Positions 30,367 to 39,813 of a DNA stretch of 64,000 nucleotides are shown here, piece after piece. The DNA is from Candidatus Poribacteria bacterium (GTDB taxonomy: Bacteria; Poribacteria; WGA-4E; WGA-3G): NCBI GenBank assembly GCA_965215265.1, contig OZ244048.1:832001-896000 (forward strand), read 5' to 3'. Every line of letters starts with the position of its first letter. The first letter of the stretch is position 1. The notes under the pieces were generated by a model that was not told the origin of the DNA, ran no database searches, and saw nothing but the letters and a program-made list of their open reading frames with translations. The position numbers were made by a program, and so were the translations under genes.

Positions 30367-31451
30367 TGTTAGAACTTGAACTCTGCATCGCCGGCGTGAT
30401 GCTTATTGCCCTCATTCTCTATGTACTCACAGGCGGTGCCGATTTCGGAGGGGGTATCTGGGACCTATTTGCAACAGGCCCTCGTGCCAATGCACAACGT
30501 AAACTTATCACGCAAGCCATTGCTCCCATTTGGGAGGCAAACCATGTCTGGCTGATCGTTATTGTTGTCCTGCTCTTTGTGGCGTTTCCTATCGCTTTCG
30601 CTGCGATAAGTACCGCTTTGCACATTCCCTTAACCTTGATGCTGATGGGGATTGTTCTACGCGGGTCTGCGTTTATTTTTCGTACGTATGACATAAGGAC
30701 GAATATAGAAAACGAATTCGACAGCAACCCGGAAGCAGAGGAATTGGGGACTGCGTACCGCCGATGGAGCCGAGTGTTCGCCGTTGCGAGTATTATTACG
30801 CCTATTATGCTTGGGGTTACATTGGGGGCCATCGCCACCGGTACAATTCACGTCAACGTGGACAGCGGACAGATAGACACTGACTTTATCTCATCGTGGC
30901 TAGCCCCCTTTCCGTTTGCAATTGGCTTTTTTACGTTGACGCTCTGTGCCTTACTTGCTGCTGTTTATCTGCTGTTGGAAACGGAGGAATCGGCTTTGCG
31001 GGAAGATTTTCGGCGGCGCGCCCTCATCGCAGCCGGCAGTGTTGGTGCAATGGCATGGCTCAGTTTTATGCTCTCTGCTGATGGTGCACCCACAATTCGA
31101 CACGGGTTGAGCAGCAGCACCTGGGCACTGTTGTTTCACATATTCACAGCGGCTGTCTCTGTCACTGCTATTTGGGCAATCTGGAAACGTCTGTTTCGCC
31201 TCGCACGGACGCTCGTGGCTATACAGGTTACCCTGATTATCTTCGGCTGGGGATTGGCACAGTACCCGTATCTTGTTACGCCGGACCTCACCTTCTCAAA
31301 AGGTGCCGCACCGGATGTTGTACTGCGGCTTTTGCTGCTTATCATTGGGATAGGCTTTGTTGTCGTACTGCCTGCCTTCTACTATCTTTATGCCGTCTTT
31401 AAAGGGAAAAGACGCTTAAAAGATACGGATAAGCACCTGAACGCCAAATAG
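30366..31451 (+). CDS. cydB: Cytochrome bd oxidase subunit II
   Basis: GGADFGGG, PIWEANHVWL, LRG; coupled to cydA. Confidence 0.95.
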   Translation: MLELELCIAGVMLIALILYVLTGGADFGGGIWDLFATGPRANAQRKLITQAIAPIWEANHVWLIVIVVLLFVAFPIAFAAISTALHIPLTLMLMGIVLRGSAFIFRTYDIRTNIENEFDSNPEAEELGTAYRRWSRVFAVASIITPIMLGVTLGAIATGTIHVNVDSGQIDTDFISSWLAPFPFAIGFFTLTLCALLAAVYLLLETEESALREDFRRRALIAAGSVGAMAWLSFMLSADGAPTIRHGLSSSTWALLFHIFTAAVSVTAIWAIWKRLFRLARTLVAIQVTLIIFGWGLAQYPYLVTPDLTFSKGAAPDVVLRLLLLIIGIGFVVVLPAFYYLYAVFKGKRRLKDTDKHLNAK

Positions 31452-31516
31452 ACCTGAACGCTCTTTCGTCTATAGGAACCCGCTAAAGGCTGCTGCGATT
31501 TACAAACCTTTACAAA

Positions 31517-31726
31517 ACTCGCCAGTGGCAGGATAGGTTTTCTTGTCTCTCCTGCAAGGAGAGACAATGAATACCTTTTACCTGCCACCCACTGGGAGCC
31601 GCTTTATGCTATGCCTAAGGAATCTCCGACGAGATTTACACACGAGCGTAAAATCATAACCTTTGATGGTACAGAGATAGACAAAAATCATTACATACGC
31701 GGTGATAGTACGGAGATATACGAAAA
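31517..31726 (-). repeat. Composite interspersed repeat: 80-bp hairpin unit plus two core copies
   Basis: Perfect inverted repeat ttgtctctcc-tgcaa-ggagagacaa; ccttttacctgccacccactggg; reverse-strand cores at 31624-31687 and 31700-31726. Confidence 0.85.
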
Positions 31727-31779
31727 GATGAGATACACACAAAGACCTGAATGAAGAAAAAAAGGAAGAGCAACGGAAC

Positions 31780-32418
31780 TCAGCGTGTTACCGAGACAAC
31801 CTGTTTAAGCGCGTCTTCTTGTGCTGCCAACGCCTTCAGCTCTGGATTGAGCGTTATCGCGCGTGTCAGTGAATCACTGGCTTTTTCCAGTTGAGTCTCT
31901 AAGGCATAAGCACACGCGAGATTATAGTGCAGCAGCGCAACCTCCGGGAAAGTCTGGAGCGCACGTAGACACCTTTCACGTGCATCAGACGGGCGGTTCT
32001 GGCGGAGATATGCCGTTGTTAAATTGACATACCCTTCGACAATATCCGGTGCCATGTCAATCACTTTTTTAAAGCTCGCTTCGGCTTCTACATATTTCCC
32101 TGCATGCAGATACGCTTGACCAAGATTGTTGTAAGCAGACAGCTCTTTGGTAAAGAAGAGTGTCCGATTTTTATTCCGGATGGCACGCTGATACGCCGCA
32201 ATTGCCTGCTCAGCCTCGCCATTGCGCATCAAAAAAGACGCTTTCCTATAAAGGTCGTTGAATTCGGTTTGGTGGTGCCAAATCCACAGAAACAGCAATG
32301 TCACACCCAAGCAAAACGTCATGCAAATAATTCTGAACGTCTTATTCGTTGGAGCCAGTTCCTCAGGGCTAGTTTCTGTCGACGCGTTTTCTTGAGTCTC
32401 ATTTTTTTCAGGGGACAT
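31780..32418 (-). CDS. Membrane-anchored TPR protein
   Basis: N-terminal TM helix; AYNNLGQAY, HYNLACAYA. Confidence 0.85.
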   Translation of the reverse strand: MSPEKNETQENASTETSPEELAPTNKTFRIICMTFCLGVTLLFLWIWHHQTEFNDLYRKASFLMRNGEAEQAIAAYQRAIRNKNRTLFFTKELSAYNNLGQAYLHAGKYVEAEASFKKVIDMAPDIVEGYVNLTTAYLRQNRPSDARERCLRALQTFPEVALLHYNLACAYALETQLEKASDSLTRAITLNPELKALAAQEDALKQVVSVTR

Positions 32419-32492
32419 AAAATTATCTACCCTCACGTCAAAACGAATAGTTTTGAAAATTGAATTGATATGAAAAATACGAAGTATTCACC

Positions 32493-32614
32493 TTTTCGTA
32501 TATCTCCGTACCATCAAGGGTTTTTGTCTACAGGAGCCCAATGACGCTCTATACCCTTGATGGGGCTGAAATATACAAAAAAACATCAGCCGTGATGGGG
32601 CTGCAGTATACAAA
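32493..32614. repeat. Interspersed repeat cores: inverted pair (MITE-like) plus a third copy
   Basis: ttttcgtatatctccgtaccatcaagggt ... acccttgatggggctgaaatatacaaaa; gtgatggggctgcagtatacaaa. Confidence 0.85.
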
Positions 32615-32636
32615 CTTACACGAATGGAGGCAAGTT

Positions 32637-33692
32637 ATGAAAACTTACGGTTTTGGGATTATCGGGTGCGGAATGATTTCAGATTTTCACTCCGCCGCGA
32701 TAGCTGAATTAGCGCGTGGACACCTCGTTGCTGTCAGTTCCAGAAGTGCCGATAACGCAAAACGGCTCACTGACAGATACAATGTTGACAGCTACGCCGA
32801 TTACAACGAAATGCTCAAACGGGACGACCTGGATGTTGTGTGTATCTGTACGCCCAGTGGTGCACATTTAGAACCTGCAGTCGCTGCAGCTAAAGCAGGC
32901 AAACATGTTATCGTTGAAAAACCCCTTGAAATTACCTTACAACGCTGCGATGGGATTATCGAAGCGTGTGATGAAGCAGGCGTCCGACTGTGTGCTATTT
33001 TCAATTCTCGCTTTACCGAAAGCACACAACTCGTCAAATCCACTATTGAAAGTGGACGCTTCGGTAAGTTAACGTTAGGCGATGCTTATATCAAATGGTA
33101 CCGTTCGCAAGAGTATTACGACAGCGGCGGTTGGCGCGGTACGTGGCATTTGGATGGTGGTGGTGCACTCATGAACCAATCCATTCACGCTATTGACCTG
33201 CTTCAGTATTTCATGGGTCCCGTCAAAGCTGTACAAGCTTTTACCGATACATTAGCACACGAACGCATTGAAGTTGAAGATGCCGCCGTTGCCGTGCTCC
33301 GCTTTGAAAACGGTGCTTTGGGAGTCATTGAAGGCACAACCGCGACATACCCCGGCATGCTTAAGAAAACTGAAATCTCCGGCACAAACGGCACCGTTAT
33401 CCTTGAGGAAGAAGATATTGTCAAATGGGAATTTGACCCCGAACTTCCCGAAGATGCTGAGATTCGGAAAAACTTTGCACAAAAAACAGATACCGGCGGC
33501 GGTGCCTCCGACCCGCGTGCTATTAACCATGCAAACCACCGACGACAGATGGAAAACCTCATTAATGGGTTGGAAACCCACGCATCGCATCTCGTTGATG
33601 GACGTGAAGGTCGGAAAGCTGTAGAGATTATCCTCGCTATCTATCAATCGAGCCGGGAAGGTCGGATTGTCTCCTTACCTTTATCAACATAA
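32637..33692 (+). CDS. Gfo/Idh/MocA family oxidoreductase
   Basis: GIIGCGMI, VEKPL, DGGGALMNQSIHAID; GGAGG RBS before 32637. Confidence 0.93.
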   Translation: MKTYGFGIIGCGMISDFHSAAIAELARGHLVAVSSRSADNAKRLTDRYNVDSYADYNEMLKRDDLDVVCICTPSGAHLEPAVAAAKAGKHVIVEKPLEITLQRCDGIIEACDEAGVRLCAIFNSRFTESTQLVKSTIESGRFGKLTLGDAYIKWYRSQEYYDSGGWRGTWHLDGGGALMNQSIHAIDLLQYFMGPVKAVQAFTDTLAHERIEVEDAAVAVLRFENGALGVIEGTTATYPGMLKKTEISGTNGTVILEEEDIVKWEFDPELPEDAEIRKNFAQKTDTGGGASDPRAINHANHRRQMENLINGLETHASHLVDGREGRKAVEIILAIYQSSREGRIVSLPLST

Positions 33693-33732
33693 CGCGCCTA
33701 ATACCAACGGAGACGATTCCTCCTATGTTTCA

Positions 33733-33932
33733 GGATTCCCTCTCCTCTCCGTGCTCAGGCAGGAGAAGAAGTGGGAATCCCTTTTTTTTGTATATCTCCG
33801 TACCGTCAACGCTTATGTCGTGAATACCTGTGTGTAAATCTCGTCGGAGCCCTTCGATGTTTTGATTATTTTTGTCTATCTTGGTACCGTCAACGATTAT
33901 GTCGTGAGGACTCGTGTGTTGGCAGGTTCGGT
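33733..33932 (+). repeat. Composite interspersed repeat: hairpin plus two ~64-bp units
   Basis: ggattccc...gggaatcc; tgtatatctccgtaccgtcaacg.ttatgtcgtga...tgtgtaaatctcgtcggag; second unit ends ggcaggttcggt. Confidence 0.88.
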
Positions 33933-34012
33933 ATGGTGCCCACCCACCCAATTCCTTTCTAGGTTATGATTCATATATCCACAAATTGTGCAAAGGTGAT
34001 TGTCTAATATTA

Positions 34013-34996
34013 TTACGAATAATCAAACACGATTTTAATCGCCTCATCCTTTTTATTCAACGACATCTCAAATCCACGCTGTGCCTCAGTAAACGGTAAA
34101 TGATGCGTAATAATCGGGGAGACATCAAAGCGGCCTTGCAAGATCATATCCCTCGCTAACGGAAAATCGTTCTGCGCCTCTGGACCGACAGAGCCGATGA
34201 ATCGGAGGTTCTTCCGGAAAAAATCTGCAAAATCGAAGTTATAAACCTCATCATCCGGCACACCAAAAGCGAGAAGGGTACCTTCCTTTTTCAAAAGTTG
34301 GAGGCACTGGTTAATCGTTTCCGTCTGATGTCCAACTACCTCAATAACTAGGTCTGCCATTCTGCCATCCGTAAGTTCCGCTACCACTGCGACCGGGTCT
34401 TCTTGAGCAGCATTAATTGTGTGTGTGGCGCGCATCTGCTTAGATACATCAAGCCGGAAATCAACCAGATCTGTCGTAATCACCGCTCTCGCCCCGAGGT
34501 TGCTCAACATGTGCGTAAAGAGCAGTCCCATCGGACCTTGCCCAATAACCACCGTTACTTGGTTCAACAGGTTCCCCAATTTCCGACATGCCCAGACAAC
34601 AGTGCCAAGCGGCTGAGCCATCAATAGGCAGTCTTTACGTACACTCGTTACTGTTTCTTGCGAAAACGATAAGGGGATTATGGCATTCTCATGCGATAAG
34701 AAATATTCAGAAAGTCCTCCGATATCGCTTGGGAGCGCGAGCACCTCATCGCCCGGCTTAAAACGTTCCGATTTACTCTCAACCACAACCCCTATGGCTT
34801 CATGGATGGAGAGCCCCGCACGGAGCGGATAAGCTTCTTGTGGGGATTCAAGCACGAACCACGGCATATCGCTTCCGCAGATAGCACTATGAACGGTTTG
34901 AATCATCACCATGCCATCTGGATAATCCGCTAAGTCCGGTTTTTCTATCTCAATAATTTCAATCTGACGTGGTGCAACAATTTGTCCAACTTTCAT
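34013..34996 (-). CDS. Zinc-binding (MDR) dehydrogenase
   Basis: ICGSD, HEAIG, GQGPMG. Confidence 0.9.
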   Translation of the reverse strand: MKVGQIVAPRQIEIIEIEKPDLADYPDGMVMIQTVHSAICGSDMPWFVLESPQEAYPLRAGLSIHEAIGVVVESKSERFKPGDEVLALPSDIGGLSEYFLSHENAIIPLSFSQETVTSVRKDCLLMAQPLGTVVWACRKLGNLLNQVTVVIGQGPMGLLFTHMLSNLGARAVITTDLVDFRLDVSKQMRATHTINAAQEDPVAVVAELTDGRMADLVIEVVGHQTETINQCLQLLKKEGTLLAFGVPDDEVYNFDFADFFRKNLRFIGSVGPEAQNDFPLARDMILQGRFDVSPIITHHLPFTEAQRGFEMSLNKKDEAIKIVFDYS

Positions 34997-34998
34997 AC

Positions 34999-35195
34999 TT
35001 TCGTATATCTCCGTACCCTCAACGTCTGTCCTTTTGAAGGCTCGTGTGTAAATCTCGTTTTTTTGTATATTTCAGCCCCATCAAGGGGTTATGTATTGTT
35101 AAATCCGATATAAATCTCGTCGGAGGTTAACTCGGTATAGCATAAAGCGATAAGCCAAAACGGCAGTGGCGAGGCTCACCAATCCTGCCTGCAGG
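34999..35195 (+). repeat. Composite interspersed repeat: two tandem units plus flank
   Basis: Cores at 34999 and 35061; atagcataaagcg shared in inverted orientation with ~31600; ctcgccact on the minus strand. Confidence 0.88.
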
Positions 35196-35225
35196 AATCT
35201 ATAGACAAAAAAGGAACTCCGGTTA

Positions 35226-36197
35226 TCAGAGTGACCGGACAGCCTCTAAGACTTGCGAGTGTATTTTTCCGTTCGTCGCGACGATACCCCGGTTTTCAAC
35301 CATCCGTCTGCCAGCACCAAAATTCAGGAGCGCGCCGTTTGCATCGGTTACCATGCCCCCTGCCTCTTCTACAATAATGAGCCCCGCGGCGTGGTCCCAG
35401 ATGCATTCCCGGTAATCTGGAGACGCAGGATTTGGTAACCGGAGATAGAGCGAAATATCGCCTCGGGCGAGCAGAGCGTACTTCGCTTGGCTGTCCATCT
35501 GAATCGGGGGCACAGTCATCTTGAGTCGATCTGCGATTTCTGCATGTCTATCGCTGTCACCGTGTGTGGATTCAAAACTCTCTGCTAACCGGTCTGCCTC
35601 GTCTCCAACGTGCGCTTCTCCTAAGAAATTGCCGGCGAGTGAATACATCGCGGTCCCTTCGCCACGAACCGCCACAAAGAGGCAGCCGCGTTCCGATTCC
35701 GGCGCATTCAACCGTTGCGGTAGATTCGGACATGCTAAGATACCGAGCGCGACTTCACCATTAACAATTTCGGCTAACGCAATCGCGTACTGGTCGTGGC
35801 GGAGGAAGCCTTTGGTACCATCAATCGGATCGAGTGTCCAAAAGTTTTTCCCCACGCAATCCGTGCCTCGATTAATCCATTCGCAGAGTACTTCAGGCGA
35901 TGCGGAAGAGCATCCTGACTGCACCTGACGGGAGTTAACGTAGTGGACAACACGTTTCAAAAGGTCCGGATTGGCTTTTAGCGATGCCGCATCCTCTTCT
36001 GCAACAATAGCAGTTCCTGGAAACGCATCGCCAATCGCCTTGCAAATAAGTGCCTGCGCCCCGAAATCTGCTACCGTGACCGGGCTCCGATCGGCTTTTT
36101 GAAGAGAATCTGTAGAGACTAATTCAGTTTCAACCTGTTGACAGAGTTGGACAGCTTTTAGTACCGCGGCAACCGCGAGTTGTTTCTTAGATGGCAT
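35226..36197 (-). CDS. 3'(2'),5'-bisphosphate nucleotidase, HAL2/SAL1-like
   Basis: SPVTVADFGAQA, WTLDPIDGTKGFLR, MDSQAKY, ECIWDHAAG. Confidence 0.92.
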   Translation of the reverse strand: MPSKKQLAVAAVLKAVQLCQQVETELVSTDSLQKADRSPVTVADFGAQALICKAIGDAFPGTAIVAEEDAASLKANPDLLKRVVHYVNSRQVQSGCSSASPEVLCEWINRGTDCVGKNFWTLDPIDGTKGFLRHDQYAIALAEIVNGEVALGILACPNLPQRLNAPESERGCLFVAVRGEGTAMYSLAGNFLGEAHVGDEADRLAESFESTHGDSDRHAEIADRLKMTVPPIQMDSQAKYALLARGDISLYLRLPNPASPDYRECIWDHAAGLIIVEEAGGMVTDANGALLNFGAGRRMVENRGIVATNGKIHSQVLEAVRSL

Positions 36198-36202
36198 TTT
36201 CC

Positions 36203-36283
36203 TTTTTTGTATCTTTCAGCCCCATCAAGGGTTATGTATTGTTAAATCCGATGTAAATCTCGTCGGAGGTTAACTCGGTATAG
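36203..36283 (+). repeat. Interspersed repeat unit near-identical to 35061-35140
   Basis: tttcagccccatcaagggttatgtattgttaaatccgat.taaatctcgtcggaggttaactcggtatag. Confidence 0.92.
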
Positions 36284-36358
36284 TCTTTTAAAATCAAAAC
36301 ATCAGTCAGCTCAGCCGATCTATAGATCGCCTTTGATGTTTAGATTGATAATAAAAAT

Positions 36359-37003
36359 TTAAAAAAGTGTCATTCTCGGCAGTTCACCTGCCTCAAGTTG
36401 TTTCCGCCGTGCCTCGGCGATATCGTCAATCACAATTTGCCGCGTCACCCTAAAATTCTCTCCTTCTTGACGCATGACATAAGCCGGGTTAAACGTTGCC
36501 ATAGCAAATGGGGCATACAGCGTATCTGTAAACCAGATACCGCGTTCTTCTGTAATCCGGAACTGCCGATGAATCAGTACTTTCGCCGCAGGGCTTCCCA
36601 TGCATAAAATTACCGAGGGATGGAGGAGGTACAGCTCACCATCAAGCCATTTGGAACAGGCCTTGATTTCTGATGCCTTCGGCGGACGGTTTTTTAGCAC
36701 ACCGCCCCTGAGCCCTGCTGCACGGCATTTAATGATATTGGTTATCCAGAGTTCACTGCGCGTTAATCCATTGATGATCAGCACTTCATCCAGAAAATCA
36801 CCAGCTGGCCCCGAAAACGGAACCGTCGTCTGATTATCTGCCGCAGAAGGCCCCTCTGCAACGATGACCAACTTCGCCTCAGTATCTCCATAACCAAAAA
36901 CGACGTTTGCCCGCGTCTCTGACAACGTGCAATCCGTACAAACGCTTGCCCGTATTTTGAGCGTATTCATCGCTTGATGACGTTCGATGCTGGAATCTGT
37001 CAT
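36359..37003 (-). CDS. Uracil-DNA glycosylase family 4-like protein with variant motifs
   Basis: CTDCTL, PFSGPAG, TNIIKCR, NRPP..SEI.AC; motifs read AEGPS and TFNPA. Confidence 0.85.
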   Translation of the reverse strand: MTDSSIERHQAMNTLKIRASVCTDCTLSETRANVVFGYGDTEAKLVIVAEGPSAADNQTTVPFSGPAGDFLDEVLIINGLTRSELWITNIIKCRAAGLRGGVLKNRPPKASEIKACSKWLDGELYLLHPSVILCMGSPAAKVLIHRQFRITEERGIWFTDTLYAPFAMATFNPAYVMRQEGENFRVTRQIVIDDIAEARRKQLEAGELPRMTLF

Positions 37004-37027
37004 AGTCCGTCTGCTGTTCTATTCTAC

Positions 37028-39601
37028 TTATAAACTACCACCGGATGTTTTCGAGAACCGGATGTTGGCATGAACGAGTTTCTCTGTTCTCCCGAATGTG
37101 ATTCGGCAAATAGGCTTATCCCAACTGTATCGATAATCGCTTCCATAAGCAGACACACCTATCGGCAGATAATCCGCTGGTACATGAATGAAACAGGTCC
37201 CTTCTGCCTGCCGGATCGGTTTGCAAACCAGGAGATAACTTTCACTTTGCGAATCCCACCCTGCAGAGAGAATTTCAACACTTCCTTGGGTATAGTGCAT
37301 ATCTGTCGCAAGCAATTGCGGCGTAGGAAAGGCTTCCCGTAATGAGAGGAGTTTAGCAGAACGCGGTGAGATGTTCAACAACGTGAGGCTGCTAGAAACG
37401 GTGCCCAAGTATTGTCGCATCCAAAAATCATGTACGAGGTAGTCTTTTGATTCCGGCAAACCCAAGGCATCCAAGTCAAAGTAAGCATCATCCTCTTTGT
37501 CGTCCCAATTAAAGATAGCGACGAGGTGGTTTGCCAAGGTTGATTCTCTTATGTTATACGGACCGGATTGCGCGTCCATTTTGAGATGCCAAACACGCGG
37601 GAAAGGGTTCTCATAAAGATCTACAGGGGTGGCCGCTTTACCAAGCAGCGGGAAGAGTTTTGCTAACAGTTCAGCACGGTGCGGTTTGAGAGTTGCGACG
37701 GCATCTCCACAGAAGAGCGCGCCACCGCTTAAGGCTGCCGCAGTCATTTCGAGAATCGCTTCATTGATCGGACGCGGCTCGTCCACCGCAAGTTCGCCAA
37801 AGACGTGACTCCATAACACATTATGCTCACTGAGATGCACCGCGTGACGACTAATTCGGTGCTTAGTCCCCCGCTGACGATGCCAAAAGTGGCTCCCATC
37901 TGTCGGCATGGTGCCTTTCTCGCCACCGACGAGCGGGAAATTCAACGGAAAACCCCCGATGCAGGGCGCAGTAATTACATTGTACCCCGCAACCAGCACT
38001 GCTTTATCAGAAACGCCGCTATCTCGCACAGCATCTTTTACTAACTGGAGCGCTAACCGATAGAGCTGAATAGAGGTGAGCGAACTATCATGCCATCTCA
38101 AATTCCGCGCGGATGAGAGAACCGTGGTGTACCCCGAAAAATCGGCTTTTATCAAATCGTACTTCCATTCGCTGATTATCTGTTTAATCTGTTGACGAAT
38201 ATACGCTTGTGCATCCGGGTGTGAAACGTCTAATAAACCACCCTCTTTTTCACCAGGCATCACCCTACGTACCAAAACTGGGGATGCTGATGCCTTCCGG
38301 GGCCGACCTCGTTTTGAATTGGATAAGAAGTTCTCCCTGCTTTGCAGGGATGAATTCTTACCGCGCGATGAGCGACGGGAGGGAGGAGCAACTTCTTGTA
38401 GGAATAAGCGTGGGTGCTTTTGAAACAATTCAGACTTAACTGCTTCACAAAACAGGTTAATTCGGAGGCTTGTCTTGAAGCCTTTGCTCCGAATTTCGTT
38501 CACCACAGCAGACATGCCGTCTGGAAAATCTTCAGCATTGAGGACCCACGTACCATCGAAGTTGCGGGTACCCTCGATAGCATCCAGATGAATGTAATCT
38601 ATACCGCCAGGGGCACCCGGCTGAAAGAGCGGATTTTGGACAATCAGGTCGGTTTGCTCCAAGATGGATTTCGCAGTCAGATAAGGTTTATCTGGTGCCG
38701 CACCACGTTTCGTGCCCCTTCCAACTTGCGACGCAAGACTCCAGCCACTGATAATCTGTGCAGTCCTTTGTGCCTTATTCTGTGCCGCTAATAGTGCCGT
38801 ATAGTGCTCATAACTTGAGGTAGCATCCTTTGAAAAATTAAGGTAAGCTGACTCCGACGTTATTTCTTCGCCCTGACGACACGAGCGGCCCTCACACTTA
38901 TGATAGAGTGACCACAAGTTAACGCTGGAAACGTCATCAGCCTTTTGGTAACCCACTTGAACGTGGGGCCACCACTGTTCCGTCGTCAGGAAACCAAAGA
39001 CGAAAGCACGTTTGCTCTCCGTATCGTGAAGCACGCCGTTATGACAAAGATCAATGGCATCCTCTTCACTAAGTTGAAAACCGTCATAGAGTTTTTGAAA
39101 TCCACCAGGAACTGTCGGGAGCATATTGAGAAAAATATAATAATTCGATGGGGGTCCTCCTAATTGCAATCCTCCATTCTTCGCTGAAAGCCCTAACAGC
39201 GTTAAACTGTCTAATTCAATCGATGCCTCTTTTAAATTTTCAACTCCCACTTTCAGTTCGATATGCGGTTCGGACAGAGAGCAGCTCACATAGATATTTA
39301 AGCGGATACCTTTTCCTTTCGCTTCGTGAGAAAATCGTACCTGTTGGACGTGTTTATCCGTGGCATCAGGACCAGACGGAACGACATCTGTCATAAATTC
39401 GCACGTCCCAGTGTCCTCTGTTGTGACAACCGAACCATCACCGAGGGTGAGCTTCGTGTATCCGTTCTTGATAATCGTGTACCCTGTTCCATCAATGTAA
39501 TCCCATGTCCCTTTTGAAAGATTGAACTCAATCCGAAATTCCTTGTGGTTTATCACAGCAAGGTTGCCCTGCCGTGAGACTGCTAAATCACTTGCTTTCA
39601 T
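37028..39601 (-). CDS. Alpha-galactosidase-like (GH36/27 clan) protein, divergent
   Basis: FPDGMSAVVNEIRSKGFK, LDVSHPDAQAY, YDLIKADF, VAIFNW, VHDFW. Confidence 0.65.
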   Translation of the reverse strand: MKASDLAVSRQGNLAVINHKEFRIEFNLSKGTWDYIDGTGYTIIKNGYTKLTLGDGSVVTTEDTGTCEFMTDVVPSGPDATDKHVQQVRFSHEAKGKGIRLNIYVSCSLSEPHIELKVGVENLKEASIELDSLTLLGLSAKNGGLQLGGPPSNYYIFLNMLPTVPGGFQKLYDGFQLSEEDAIDLCHNGVLHDTESKRAFVFGFLTTEQWWPHVQVGYQKADDVSSVNLWSLYHKCEGRSCRQGEEITSESAYLNFSKDATSSYEHYTALLAAQNKAQRTAQIISGWSLASQVGRGTKRGAAPDKPYLTAKSILEQTDLIVQNPLFQPGAPGGIDYIHLDAIEGTRNFDGTWVLNAEDFPDGMSAVVNEIRSKGFKTSLRINLFCEAVKSELFQKHPRLFLQEVAPPSRRSSRGKNSSLQSRENFLSNSKRGRPRKASASPVLVRRVMPGEKEGGLLDVSHPDAQAYIRQQIKQIISEWKYDLIKADFSGYTTVLSSARNLRWHDSSLTSIQLYRLALQLVKDAVRDSGVSDKAVLVAGYNVITAPCIGGFPLNFPLVGGEKGTMPTDGSHFWHRQRGTKHRISRHAVHLSEHNVLWSHVFGELAVDEPRPINEAILEMTAAALSGGALFCGDAVATLKPHRAELLAKLFPLLGKAATPVDLYENPFPRVWHLKMDAQSGPYNIRESTLANHLVAIFNWDDKEDDAYFDLDALGLPESKDYLVHDFWMRQYLGTVSSSLTLLNISPRSAKLLSLREAFPTPQLLATDMHYTQGSVEILSAGWDSQSESYLLVCKPIRQAEGTCFIHVPADYLPIGVSAYGSDYRYSWDKPICRITFGRTEKLVHANIRFSKTSGGSL

Positions 39602-39688
39602 ACATGGTTCCTTCCATGGCGTTCATACTTTAGCAATATAGAGTTGTCTTCGCTATCCATCAAATTTCCTATACACATATTGGCTTTA

Positions 39689-39786
39689 TTCGTATATCTC
39701 CGTACCGTCAACGTTTATGTCGTGATTACTCGTGTGTTGGCAGGTTCGGTTTTCTTTATCTCTCCTTATAGGAGAGATAAAGAACC
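39689..39786 (+). repeat. Interspersed repeat unit plus perfect hairpin (possible terminator)
   Basis: cgtatatctccgtaccgtcaacgtttatgtcgtga...ggcaggttcggt; ttctttatctctcct-tat-aggagagataaagaa. Confidence 0.88.
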
Positions 39787-39813
39787 TAACAGACAACAGT
39801 GTCTGTGCGAAGT

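Noticed and set aside
32541-32636. N-terminal extension of the Gfo/Idh/MocA ORF
   Set aside because: Translates repeat DNA; the true start is at 32637 after GGAGG. The upstream extensions of hsdR, WD40, cydA, the PotA-like gene and the thioredoxin-reductase-like gene were trimmed on RBS/homology grounds
34999-35015. GGAGATATAC identity with the T7 gene 10 leader (vector contamination)
   Set aside because: Part of the endogenous multi-copy repeat; no other vector sequence seen
31600-39790. Repeats as a CRISPR array
   Set aside because: Copies are dispersed between genes, occur in both orientations, are degenerate and lack regular spacers; no cas genes
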